Positions 38,336 through 49,330 of a stretch of 64,000 nt of DNA are shown in pieces (within the stretch, counting starts at the first letter, position 1; each line of letters begins with the position of its first letter). Under the pieces are notes generated by a model. That model had not been told where the DNA came from, made no database searches, and was given only the letters and a program-made list of their open reading frames with translations. Source of the stretch: Octopus bimaculoides (lineage: Eukaryota); NCBI RefSeq assembly GCF_001194135.2, contig NC_069006.1:6725688-6789687 (forward strand). The letters are read 5' to 3'. A program made the translations under genes and the position numbers.

Positions 38336-40409
38336 TCAGAATAAAGAAATTAAAATGGGTGAAATTCAGGCCATTTTTTTCGATAATGTTAGCTACATAA
38401 TAATAATGCAATGATATTGTTCTAAACTCATTAAAAAAAATTGTTTTTAAATAAAATAAAATAAAAAATAATAATAATAATGATAACAGTAATAATAAAT
38501 AAAAAATATAAATTCTAAAACCTGATAGTGATTTACATAAACTACAATAGAAGATAAATAACACAATTTCTTTTTTGTGTTGATGGAAATAGATTTATTT
38601 CTTTCCCAGTTCAAAATCTACCTGTGATAATCAAATATTGGCTTCTATTGATTATAATTATTAACTCATTTCGACTTTCATCGAAATCATCATCATCATC
38701 ATCATTCTCATCATCAATTCATAGTCACTAAATTATCATCATTAATTCAATGTACTAATTACTAATTCATTATTATTAAGTTATCAAAGTCATTATGATT
38801 AATTCATCCCTATCAACAAATAACCGGAATATAAAAGCTCATACAATCGGACATAACATTCCATCAAAACTAGAATTGTATGAATTCTGCATAATTTTCC
38901 CCAGTGCATAAAAGTGAACTTTGACAACTGCACACATTTTTGTTGTATTTGTAACACTGTGGCCAGACATGTTTACTATCATCTCATCTATACTCATGAT
39001 TTATTGATGCTCTAACCTCCTCTCGATTGATTCCTTTCATTGGCTTGCATTTTACAAATTGCACTTGAAGTATAGCTGAAGCACTGTTGTTATAAAAGAA
39101 TGTTGAGGCAATATGGACATTTAGTGAAAATAGCTGAGAGAAATTAAGCAAACAAATAACAATATTCAGTGAATATTTTAATAACTAGAACAAGGACTGG
39201 TCGAAGGATTCTTAAAAGTCATTATGTATTCAGTGCAGACACAAAGAAACTGTATAAAACCCCTGAAATTAGAATATGAGGGAAATACCAGAAGATTGGC
39301 ATAGTATGCAAAAACTAAATGACACAGTAAATTCCAGAATAATTAATATGGTAAACCCAGAAAGGCTAATTAAAATGAAACCCTTAGAAGGAGAAAGAAT
39401 TGTTAGCATAATCATCAATTTTGATGAAGACAGGGGAGGTAATCTCTGAGTGATTGTTTTTTTTGTTTTGTTTTTTTTATGTCAAGTTATATAAGCATAC
39501 TTACACAGCTATGCTCCCACCTGACTTTGTTTCTTCATAACTTTCAGAAAAACCGATGTTTTTTAGAGAAATTTTCTACAAAAACTTTTCAGACAGACAT
39601 TATGATTATATTGGCACTTGTGGTGAAATTTGTTTGGAGGTGGGGGAGAAGAGTTTCAGATAATTCACACAAGTGAACTTTATTTCCACATAACTTTCAG
39701 GAAATTGGGTATTTTTCTTTAGTGAAATTTCCTACAAATACCTTCCAAATGATGTAGATCACAAATATAACAGAATTTAATATGAAAAAAAAAAGGGTGG
39801 ACACATACCCACATACATACTGAAATATGCACCACATAATTTAATGTTGATCATCATCATTTTACATCCACTTTTGACACTGGCATGGGTTGGATAGGTT
39901 ATTATAGGTCTAAGACATTTCTTATTAACAGCTACTGCTCCTCAACACTGGTGCTCCTAAATGTCATTTGACTTGTTAAGTACTTTCTGGAGTGTGGTAT
40001 TTTCTGCTGGCACCAACATTTGAAGACTCAAACATAAAGCATGTAAATCAAGGAGGGGAATAGGAGTGGAGACAGCAAGACCAGAAATTGGTAGTTGAGA
40101 TGGGGAGGCTCTCTGGCTCCACCAAGAAAGACTAAACATTGGAGAGATGTTGAATTAAACAGAAACATATTTGAAGGAAGTTACATCCAGCTTTACTAAA
40201 TAGAAAACCTGGCCAAATTGATCTTTGTCAGAGAACTGCCAAAAAAAAAGAAAAAAAGTGAAACACACATGAAATCATTTCTGCAGCTGTTGTTTAGCCT
40301 TGACTAAACAGAGTTATGATTAACAAAGNNNNNNNNNNTACAGTATATAAATTCCTCATTATCAAATGGGTATTTCCTTTAATAAGATGGTTATGTGTGA
40401 TTTGAGGAA

Positions 40410-40860
40410 AATCATCATCATCATCACTTAACGTCTGCTTTCCATGCTGGCATGGGTAGGATGATTTGACAGGAAACCAGCAAGTTGCAGGGTTGCATTG
40501 AGCTTCAATGTCATCTTTGGCAAGGTTTCTACAACTGGATACCCTTCCCAACACCAACCACTACTAGGTGCTTTTTCCATGTCACCAACTCTAGTGTGGT
40601 TGCCATGTAACTTGCAAGACAGAAAAGAACAGAGAAGAAGGAAAAGAGAAAATCTCTGATTACTTAGAGAAAGTATTTGGGAAGGAAGTTGGAGGTGGGT
40701 GGCTGTATGCCAGATATTGAAAGACTGAAGTATGACAGAGGGACAAACACAGGTGTCTTGCTATGGAGGAGAAACATGGCTGAGGGGGATAAGAGGAAGG
40801 TAGCAATGGAGTGCTAGAGCAAACTCTCAAGAAACAAGAACATGAGCACAAATGTGACCA
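40410..40860 (-). mobile_element. Composite SINE with RTE-type tail
   Basis: (CAT)n tail plus purine-rich middle shared with 2740-3120. Confidence 0.65.
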
Positions 40861-41769
40861 CCACTTATGAATTGAGCAATGACATTACCTCAGTAAATAA
40901 TATTTTGCTGTGAATGTAAGTGGTGATTCAAGCTGAGACAATGGTCTCAGGAAATCTGCAGCAAAGTAATTTAATGATGCGATTTAAGTATTATATTTTT
41001 AATTACTACTAAAATGAATTTAATGATATCAAGTTTATTTCCTTTATATTTATAAATTATCTTTTACTAATACCATTTGAGGTGTGGGTGGGAAGTCAGG
41101 TAAATTTCTATCACTTTTAGATGCATGCTGAGGTTTTATAAACATCTACATACTCTTCCATAATTTCTTGCTTTAATTCTTTTGTCACCATATTTCTGCT
41201 GAAATACACATTCTTTGTTTCAATTAATTTTGAAAATAAACAAAGAATTTAGAAATATAACTTTGTCATTAATTAAATTGGTGTTTGAAGCATAAATTAA
41301 CATGAAATTTTGATGAAAGATTTTAATTAAGATCACTTTAAAAACAGGAAGTTTGTATCATAGACCCAGAGATGATCTCAAATGGGTTCAACATAAATTT
41401 AATGAAATCTCAGAAAGTATTTACAACTAAATGGATGCTAAAGTAATATTGAAAAGCAAGTTTACTTTAACACAAGTGTTCCAAACCACTGTGCCGCAGC
41501 ACACAGATGAGCAGCAAGAAATCCAAAGTGTACCACAATATTTTAGACATTTAGAAAACTAATAGTTATTATTGGTGAGTTAACTATATACAATTTATCA
41601 TTTCAAGTTTGCAGACTATTAATTTACAGATATGATCTGGCAACTTACAATGTAATTTCAATGTACAAACATATACATTATCATCATCATCATCATCATT
41701 TTATATCTGCTTTCCATACTGGTATGGATTGGATATGGAAATTATTTCAATTCTCTTCAAACGCAGGTT

Positions 41770-42120
41770 CAGGTATGGCTTAATGCTTAAGAAACTCACT
41801 TTGCAATGACATGGTTTCAGGTTCAGTCCCACAGCATGGCATCTTGGACAAGTGTTTTCTTCTTTAGTCTAGGGCCAACCAATATTTTGCAAGCAAATTT
41901 GGTAGATGGAAACTCTGTGGAAAGCTGTCATGTGGGTGGGTCTTTGTCTCTACTCACTATTTGACACCCAATGTTGGTTTGTTTATGCCCCTGTAACTTA
42001 GCAGCAAGGCAAAAGGGATTTTAAAAATAAGTACTAGGGTTAATTTGTTCAACTAAGACCCTTTGAGGCAGTGCCCCAGCATGGCCACAGTCGAATGACT
42101 GAAACCAGTAAAAAATAAAA
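41770..42120 (+). mobile_element. Family C SINE
   Basis: GGTTCAGTCCCACAGCATGGCATCTTGGACAAGTG...CAGCATGGCCACAGTCGAATGACTGAAACC. Confidence 0.85.
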
Positions 42121-42391
42121 ATCTAAGCAAAATACATGCACAGCTAGTAGATATTGTGACACTCTATCAAAGTAATACATAATTGACTTGGACAACTATC
42201 TACTATCTTCTTCCCTCTCTTCCTGGTATCAATATTAATAATAATAAATTTATATACACACATACAAGCACTCATTCACATCCAGATAATAATGACAGCA
42301 ACCATAGTTCTTGTTTACAAACACAAGTAACGCTTCGATGTACATATTGAACACAGTCATATGCATATGTCAACATACTTTGAATATCATG

Positions 42392-42424
<33 letters not shown>

Positions 42425-42439
42425 TAATAAATAGTAATA

Positions 42440-42640
42440 ATCCTTTCTACGATAGGCACAAAGCCTGAAATTTTGGGTAGGAGAGGGCAAGCAGATTTCA
42501 CTGATCCCAATACAAGCCTTTATTTATTTTATCAATCTCAACAGGATGAAAGGCACAGTCAGCTTTGGCAGAATTTCAACTCAGAATTCAGAATGTAAAG
42601 ACATGCAAAATACCAGTAAGCTAATTATTCTGCCAGCTCA
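42440..42640 (-). mobile_element. Family M SINE next to (AAT)n
   Basis: CCTTTCTACGATAGGCACAAAGCC...GGATGAAAGGCACAGTC. Confidence 0.8.
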
Positions 42641-43284
42641 GGGTATTATCATAATATTCAAAGTCAGTTGATATATGCATGTGACCATGTTCAATATATA
42701 CATCTTAGTGTTATTATAATAACAACAACAACAACCGACAGTAGATGTCCTACATAATGGTTTTGATTTTCAGATTAGATTTGTATAAATTGAGTTGTTC
42801 TAATTAGGCATATTGAGTTTTTATTCTCCTAAATTAATCTATTTTTTAATTAAAAACAAAACCACCCATGAAATTATATTTTCTCTATTACCAAAATGAC
42901 AATTGCTTTTCCTAGCACTAAAATTATTCCAAATCAATTTTTAGATAATTATAGACAAGTTTGTCATCACAATACATAAAACTAAAACTCAAGACCATAA
43001 CACCAGCAATGAGTAGATACTGATGCCACCATATAAATGCCATCTCTTCCTCATCATCATCTTTTAATGTCCACTTTTCCTAGCTTGTAAGGGTCACACA
43101 GAATCTAAGGCAATTTTTTACAGCTGGATGCCCTTCCTGTCATCAATCCTTACTTTTTCCAAGGAAGGCAATATTTCCCCACAGCCAGATATGTTTATCA
43201 TGGAAGACCAGAAACAAACAACATCACTTGTATGACACTGATTCTTGTTTGTAGCAGGCATGATGTCAAGACAAGGGTATACAC

Positions 43285-43331
<47 letters not shown>

Positions 43332-43334
<3 letters not shown>

Positions 43335-43780
43335 ATGGAAACTGAAAGAAGCCCTTGCAAATATATACACATATATATGTGTGTGTGTATGTATTTTTGT
43401 GTCCGTGTTTGTTTCTCACCATTGCTTGACAACCTGTGTTGGTGTGTTTATGTCCTTGTAACTTAGTGATTCAGCAAAAGAGATCAATATAATAAGTACT
43501 AGGCTTTAAAAAAATAAGTACTGGGGTTGATTTCTTCAACTAAGATTCTTGAAAGCAGTGCCTCAGCATGGCCACAGTCTAATGACTGGAATAAGTACAA
43601 AGAAAAAAGACATTTGATAGGCTTCTTTCAGTTTCCATCTTACAAAACCACTCACAATTCTTTGGCTGGCTCAGGGCTATAGTAGAAGACACTTACCCAA
43701 GGTGTTGTGTAGTAGGACTGAACCCAAGACCACATGATTAGGAGACAAGCTTCTCAACCATACAGCCACATCTGCACCTC
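43332..43780. mobile_element. Family C SINE 3' half (+) followed by family C head (-)
   Basis: GATGGAAACTGAAAGAAGCCC at about 43334 and its reverse complement GGCTTCTTTCAGTTTCCATC at about 43621. Confidence 0.8.
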
Positions 43781-43903
43781 GTCTAAAACAAAATTTAACC
43801 TATTCCTCAATAGAAATCTTCTTACTTGCAGTTTAGCTTTACTTTTGAAGGTGACAATACACCTCTTTCTAAATGCATCATTTGTGAACAGTTTCTCCCC
43901 AAG

Positions 43904-43999
43904 TGAATGGAAATTACATTTGGAGAAGCACCAGAACCATTAGCAGAGTAAAAAAATGTGAATACTTTGGTCAATTGCTAAAAAATAACAAATGTACAG
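43904..43999 (+). CDS. Candidate 96-nt internal exon (NGNYIWRSTRTISRVKKCEYFGQLLKNNKCT), phase 1 to 1
   Basis: Acceptor TTTCTCCCCAAG, donor CAG|GTAAGG, one open frame; phase-compatible with 32962-33065 and 44121-44203. Confidence 0.25.
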
Positions 44000-44120
44000 G
44001 TAAGGGAATGATTGACAAAGAAATTGTTTCCACTAGGACACTTCTAGTATCACACAGTGTCACTAATAATTGTCAAGTCTATGATAGCTCACACAGTTGG
44101 TGAAACATTAATTCTTCCAG

Positions 44121-44203
44121 CTTATAAGGAAATTCTATCAATGATACAAAGCCAAGAAGCTATGGAAGGGATAATAAAAGATCCATTGTTAAACAGGCAA
44201 TAA
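44121..44203 (+). CDS. Candidate terminal exon (YKEILSMIQSQEAMEGIIKDPLLNRQ*), phase 1
   Basis: Acceptor TTCTTCCAG; protein-like composition. Confidence 0.2.
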
Positions 44204-45333
44204 ATCCACATTTCCAGCATGTCATACAATATTGTGTTGCATAAAACATTTAGTTGTGTAAGGCTTTCACCTTCTAGTGAGATGAGGGTAAGTAGGAAGG
44301 CACAACCTAACAAGAGAATCCAGTTTGTGGATGCAGGGAAAATTATTTTGTAGTTCTATTGTTGCTGCCAACTGGAATCTAGAGTTTGGGTAGTTTCAAC
44401 TGCACCAATATTTTAAGGAACAAGAGCATCAGTGGCTGCTTTGTGTTGCAATGTTCACAAGCAACATAAAGATGATGACAACCTCTGTTAAAGGTTTTGT
44501 TGTGCTTACAAAACATATGAACACTGCTAACGTTTTAAGCTCAAAGTTTGTGCATTGTGAGACATTAATGTCATGAAACTATCATGAAGATCTACACACT
44601 GCTTACACTGTGGACATGGTTAATTTTAGCAAATGAAGTCTTCTACAATCTCATCTTAACACACACAGCTTTACAATGTTTCATATAGAAATTGTTAGTT
44701 ATCTCATAGTAAAGTATTGTAACATGTTAAACTGAATAATGGAGTGGCACTATTTTTCAGGGGATTAAACCATGCATTTATTCAATAGTTTTCACTGACA
44801 ATAATTGGCATGCCTAACTATGCCAGTATTTTTCAAAGGAAAGAAGGCAGCTATCAAAGATGAAAAGGGAAGAAGACAATCGTCAAGTTCTAAATATTTT
44901 AAAATATTTACTTTAAATTTGTTCAATACAAAAATAATGAAAGAAAAATTTTATGGAGATGCAAAATCTTCTGTCCTCTAATTAATAAAGGAGGAAGGGT
45001 GCAAAGATTTTCATTAATTTCATTCTCTTTTGTGTGGGTGAGGTGGGAGTTACTATTTTTCAATTTGGAAACCACTGAACTAAACTGCCTTAAAGGATCA
45101 ATGCTAAGAATATATGAAAATAGATTTGGTCAAAATATATTTGCTTTCATGAGCAACATGGACACCTTTTCTAGAAAACTGGTGTCTTGAAAAACTGACA
45201 TTGGTAGGAAAATTTTAATGTTTTCATTCTCTGAGAAATAGTGCCATGCCATTATTTAGTTTAGTATTACAAACATGGTACTGTACTTTACTCTGAGACA
45301 ATCAATGCACTGGGGCAATGGGGTGCGTTTGTA

Positions 45334-45517
45334 CGAGGGGGTGCCAAAAAGTTCTTGGCTTTAAGGGTATTATGAAAGGCCTGGTTGAAGGTTCAACCTT
45401 TCAAGTTCTTTTACAGCACTTAAAAAACTGAAGGACCACTGCAATAAGTGTGTAAATCTGAGAGAGGAATATGAGTTTTCTTTTATCCAAAGCCAGGAAC
45501 TTTTCAGCACCCCTTAG
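45334..45517 (+). mobile_element. Mariner-derived MITE
   Basis: TA TSDs; about 29-bp imperfect TIRs CGAGGGGGTGCCAAAAAGTTCTTGGCTTT / AAAGCCAGGAACTTTTCAGCACCCCTTAG; remnant KLKDHCNKCVNLR.EY. Confidence 0.85.
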
Positions 45518-45620
45518 TAGAAGTCTTCCATGTCCAGAGTTTCATTAAGCAGTGTGCAAATCATCACTAGCAGGTTTCTATGTAGAGAAAGTTGATCAAG
45601 CAGATTTTGATTACAGACGC

Positions 45621-45949
45621 TTATGTGTGAGTATCCAACTCAACTACCAAATTCACCATTTTCTTTGCGTTCCTGTCAGTAATCTTTGATGGCATGTCAT
45701 TATTTGTGCATGCTGACAACAGTTCTAAAATCATTGCTGCTGAGCAAGACCAAGTGACTGACATAGCCTGCAACATCTCACTGAAATCAAAATTTGCAGA
45801 ACTATTGATTGATGCCTTCTGGACATCACCACACAAAAAAATATTCAGAAATTGCAGAAAAGGCTTTAAGAGCCTTGCAACCCATTTCTTCTGTGAGTTG
45901 GTATCTTTGTTGTTAACAAACATCGAAATAAAAAGAGTGATATTGGCTA
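45621..45949 (-). CDS. Probable terminal coding exon of an unidentified gene (ANITLFISMF...WVARLLKPFLQFLNIFLCG...VVELDTHT*), phase 1
   Basis: About 109 open codons in unique sequence; acceptor TTCATTTTCTATTGTCAG; in-frame stop just upstream of the acceptor; amphipathic-helix-like composition; no TE motifs. Confidence 0.6.
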
Positions 45950-47486
45950 CTGACAATAGAAAATGAAGTATACCTCACTTTGTTAACTACTTCACTACAC
46001 AAAAACAGATCACAGCTAATAAGTAACTAAGACCTGATAGCATATACCATGCCTTCATTAATTATTTTAGGATCCTTTGAAGTCAGGAGAAACTACAGAC
46101 ATCTTCTCAGCCCTCCCAACCTTGACTTAAAAAAACATCAAGAATATGACAACGGGAGGGAAAGGGTTGCACCAGCACTCAGCTGGAGCTCATTTTCATT
46201 AGACTGGAGTAACATGAAATGAAACAATTTGCTTAAGGACATAGTGTAGTACTCTAATAGCAAAATGAAATTTGTAAATCAAATCAAAGTCAAGAATCAT
46301 TAGTTTAGTAACAAACATTTTGTCTCAGATGGCTAAGTGGTTAGGTTATTCAGCTCATGATCACAACATCACGAACTTGACTTCCAGCAGTGTATTGTAT
46401 TCTTGAGCATGACACTGTTTCACAATTGCTTCAGTTTACTCAGCCAGCAAAAATATGTAGTACCAGTAATTCAAAGGGCCAGCCTTGTCACACTCTGTGT
46501 CCCACTGAATCTCCCTGAGAACTACACTAAGGGTATGCATGTCTGTGGTGTGCACAACCACTCATTAATTTTATGAGCAAGCTGTTCTGCTAATCGGATC
46601 ATCTGGAACCCTTGTCCTCGTAACTGACAGAGTACCAGTATGGCTTATCAATAGTAGATAATTCAATGAATATTTCTCTATTAAAATGAATCCTTAGTAT
46701 TAGTTATCAGTGGGTGTGCTGTAAAATCATTTTATATTTTATGGGTGTGTTGTGTTCTGGCAAAGAGTGAGAGCTGCTGTAGTAAATTTGCCCAGGTAAA
46801 CTATGTAAACAGGATCATTAAATCAATGATTTTAGAATAACTTAAGATAAATTAGATAAATATTAAGTATTTAATGGTAGATGTGACAAATTCCTTTCAT
46901 GTGATAAATGTAATGGATAATTGATTTTCAAATTCCATAAAAATCGAAAAGTTCGATATGACTGGATTCTTTTTTTTTATTTTTATGATTCAATTAGCTT
47001 TGCAAGTGCAAACTAACCTCAGGAATTTATTTTATTGATTTTTATGTGGAAACTATATCTCCTACATAGCCAGTGACCATCAAATATGAAACCAACTCCA
47101 AAATAGAAACTGATGACATCCAAGAAGTAAGATGGTGGGACAGAAAATGTTTTAATGTTGACGTTTAAAGGACAATAAATGTAGTATTTTTTGTATCATT
47201 CACATTTTCCTTTTGCAGCCATCTTTATTTAGTAGAATAATTTACTTATATTTTGCATTTTTGAGATAGAAATTATTTCTTGTTCAATGTAAATCTTGTG
47301 ATGAAAGTTCAAATCCATTTCAAATTAGTTACTCTGTATTGTATTTATGAAAAAGGCTTCTTAATCTCCAATACAATAATCTTCAATGCAAAATATAGAG
47401 TGGCCCCTGCCCACAATATTAGATTTTACACTCTTCATGCCCATGAAACTTATTCAACAAACACTTCATTTTTACTACCATTGTTT

Positions 47487-47635
47487 GATGTTAGGAAGGG
47501 CGTCCAGCTGTAGAAAACCATGCCAAATCAGACTGGAGTCTGGTGCAGCCTTCTACTGTGCCAACCCAGTCAAACTGTCCAACCCATGCCAGCATGGACA
47601 ACGGATGTTAAATAATGATGATGATGATGATGTTG
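47487..47635 (+). mobile_element. RTE LINE extreme 3' end with (GAT)n tail
   Basis: GTTAGGAAGGGCGTCCAGC...CCATGCCAGCATGG...GTTAAATAATGATGATG. Confidence 0.85.
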
Positions 47636-47719
47636 CAGTTGTAGACCTTCATTAATTGTCCCAGATTCCAGATTTTATCCAAACTGAAACATAGTTTCAT
47701 TGGGTTCTGAAAATACTAT

Positions 47720-47830
47720 TGAATATGACAGACACCTGAAGAAGGTTGGAGGACAGACAGGCTGAACTGTTGTAGCCTTAACAACTAAAGATAAGGACAT
47801 TAGTCCATATGCATTCAGCGTAATAAAGAT
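47720..47830 (+). mobile_element. Penelope-like pseudo-LTR remnant
   Basis: ACACCTGAAGAAGG...GCTGAACTGTTGT...AAAGATAAGGACATTAGTCC resembles the CTGAnGA...CCGAAAC signature of Penelope-like elements (recalled). Confidence 0.45.
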
Positions 47831-47960
47831 AATTCTTCATTTATGAATATTGTTATTGTTGTTGCTGTTATAGTTTAGCCCTAGGTCACTTATGACTGTC
47901 CAATCTGCAGGTCTGAACACGTAACCATTCAGTCTGCTTATATATATTAGGAACTACATT

Positions 47961-48161
47961 AAGGTGTTTAGCTGACAGAATCATTAGCATGCTGAACAAA
48001 ATATTTCATGGAATTTCTTCTGAGTTCAAATCCTACCAAGACATCACATTTCATCTTTTCAAGGTAGATGAAAACAAGTACCAGTTAAACACTAGGGTTG
48101 ATATAACCAGCTAGCCCCCTCCCCCAAATTTCAAGCACTGTGCCTATAGTAAAAAAATAAA
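47961..48161 (+). mobile_element. Family M SINE with 17-bp TSD
   Basis: ATATTAGGAACTACATT at 47944-47960 and 48162-48178. Confidence 0.9.
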
Positions 48162-48183
48162 ATATTAGGAACTACATTGTCTA

Positions 48184-49330
48184 TCATCATCATCATCCTC
48201 ATTTAATGTCCACTTTCCATGCTGGTAGGGGTTAGTCAGTTTGACTGGAACTGGTAAACTAGAGAGCTACACCTGGTTCCAGTCTGATTTTGGCTTGGTT
48301 TCTATGGCTGGATACCCTTCTTAACACCAACCACTCCGAGAGGGTAGTAGGTACCTTTTTTCTGTCACTGGCATGGGTGCTTTCACATGTCACTGGCACA
48401 GATGTTTTTATGTCACTGGCACCAGCTACAACTACGATTTCACTCAGCTTGATGAGTCTGTGACCTTTGGCAATTTGTTGTGCTTGAGCACAACAAATTG
48501 CCTAAGGTCAATTTGAGCACAACAAATTGCCTAAGGTCAATTTGAGCACAACAAATTGCCAAAGGTCAATTTGAGCACAACAAATTGCCAAAGGACAAAT
48601 GACTGCATTTGTCATTACCTCCATGAGACCCAACATTCAAAGATGATGTTTCATCACCTCGTCCCATGTCTTCCTGTGTCTACTTCTTCCACCGGTTACC
48701 TCCACAGTTAGAGATCAGCATTTCTTTACACAACTCTCCTTATCCATATGCATTACATGACCACACCAGTGCAGTTACCTCTCATGCACACCACATCTGA
48801 TGTCTCTTATGCACAATTTTTCTCTCAACTTAGTTGTACATGCACACTGACATTGCACATCAAGTGGAGCATACTAGATTCATTTCTTTCAAGCCTTCAC
48901 ATATCCTCCCCAGTCACAGCCCATATTTCACTACCATGCAACATGGCTGTTCACACACAGGCATCATACAATCTATCTTTCACTCTGAGGAAGAGGCCTT
49001 TTGTTGCCAACAAAAGTAGAAGTTTTCTGAACTTTGCCCAGCCTATTCATATTCTAGCAGCAATGCTCTCAGAGCATCCACCTCCACTGTTGACTTGGTC
49101 ACCTAGATAACGAAACCTATCAACAACTTCCAGGTATCCCCACTGGCATTAGATGGAGCCTATTTTCTGTACATTCCTAGTGTTTATCATATTTGTGCAT
49201 CCATCACACACAAAGACTATTTTCCCTGTTAACCTTCTTCTGATATTACTGCACCTCTTATGTGTCCACAGCTTGCACCAGGTACACCTTATGGAGTTTT
49301 TACCTACGTCTTTTCTACAAACAGGGTCAT
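48184..49330 (-). mobile_element. 5'-truncated RTE-clade LINE (RT C-terminus, 3' UTR, (GAT)n tail), decayed
   Basis: Minus-strand translation: FRYLGDQV..GGCSESIAARI.IGWAKFRKLL...LRVKDRLYDACV.TAMLHGSEIWAV, continuing into the tail shared by many short copies. Confidence 0.9.
48461..48594. repeat. 24-bp inverted arm followed by about 3.8 tandem copies of a 29-bp unit
   Basis: Unit GAGCACAACAAATTGCC(T/A)AAGGTCAATTT starts at 48486, 48515, 48544 and 48573; 48461-48484 is the reverse complement of the first 24 bp after the unit's initial G. Confidence 0.95.

Noticed and set aside
41476-41575. Apparent exon FQTTVPQHTDEQQEIQSVPQYFRHLEN* with GTGAGT donor
   Set aside because: The sequence resembles an hAT-type MITE end (CCAAACCACTGTGCCGCAGCACAC), and the acceptor is weak.
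45694-45966. + strand 90-aa ORF
   Set aside because: Interpreted as the antisense shadow of the minus-strand exon; it lacks + strand splice support.
47108-47145. CTGATGA followed by a CATC..GATG stem (hammerhead-like); also CTGATGA..GAAAC near 32478
   Set aside because: The first lacks GAAA after the stem; the second has no stem II.
47018-47400. Possible internal exons of the minus gene
   Set aside because: The only open frame at the donor ends in phase 2, has no acceptor and does not fit the phase-1 terminal exon.
48486-48594. 29-bp repeats as a CRISPR array
   Set aside because: Units are contiguous with no spacers, derive from RTE sequence, and the context is eukaryotic with no cas genes.
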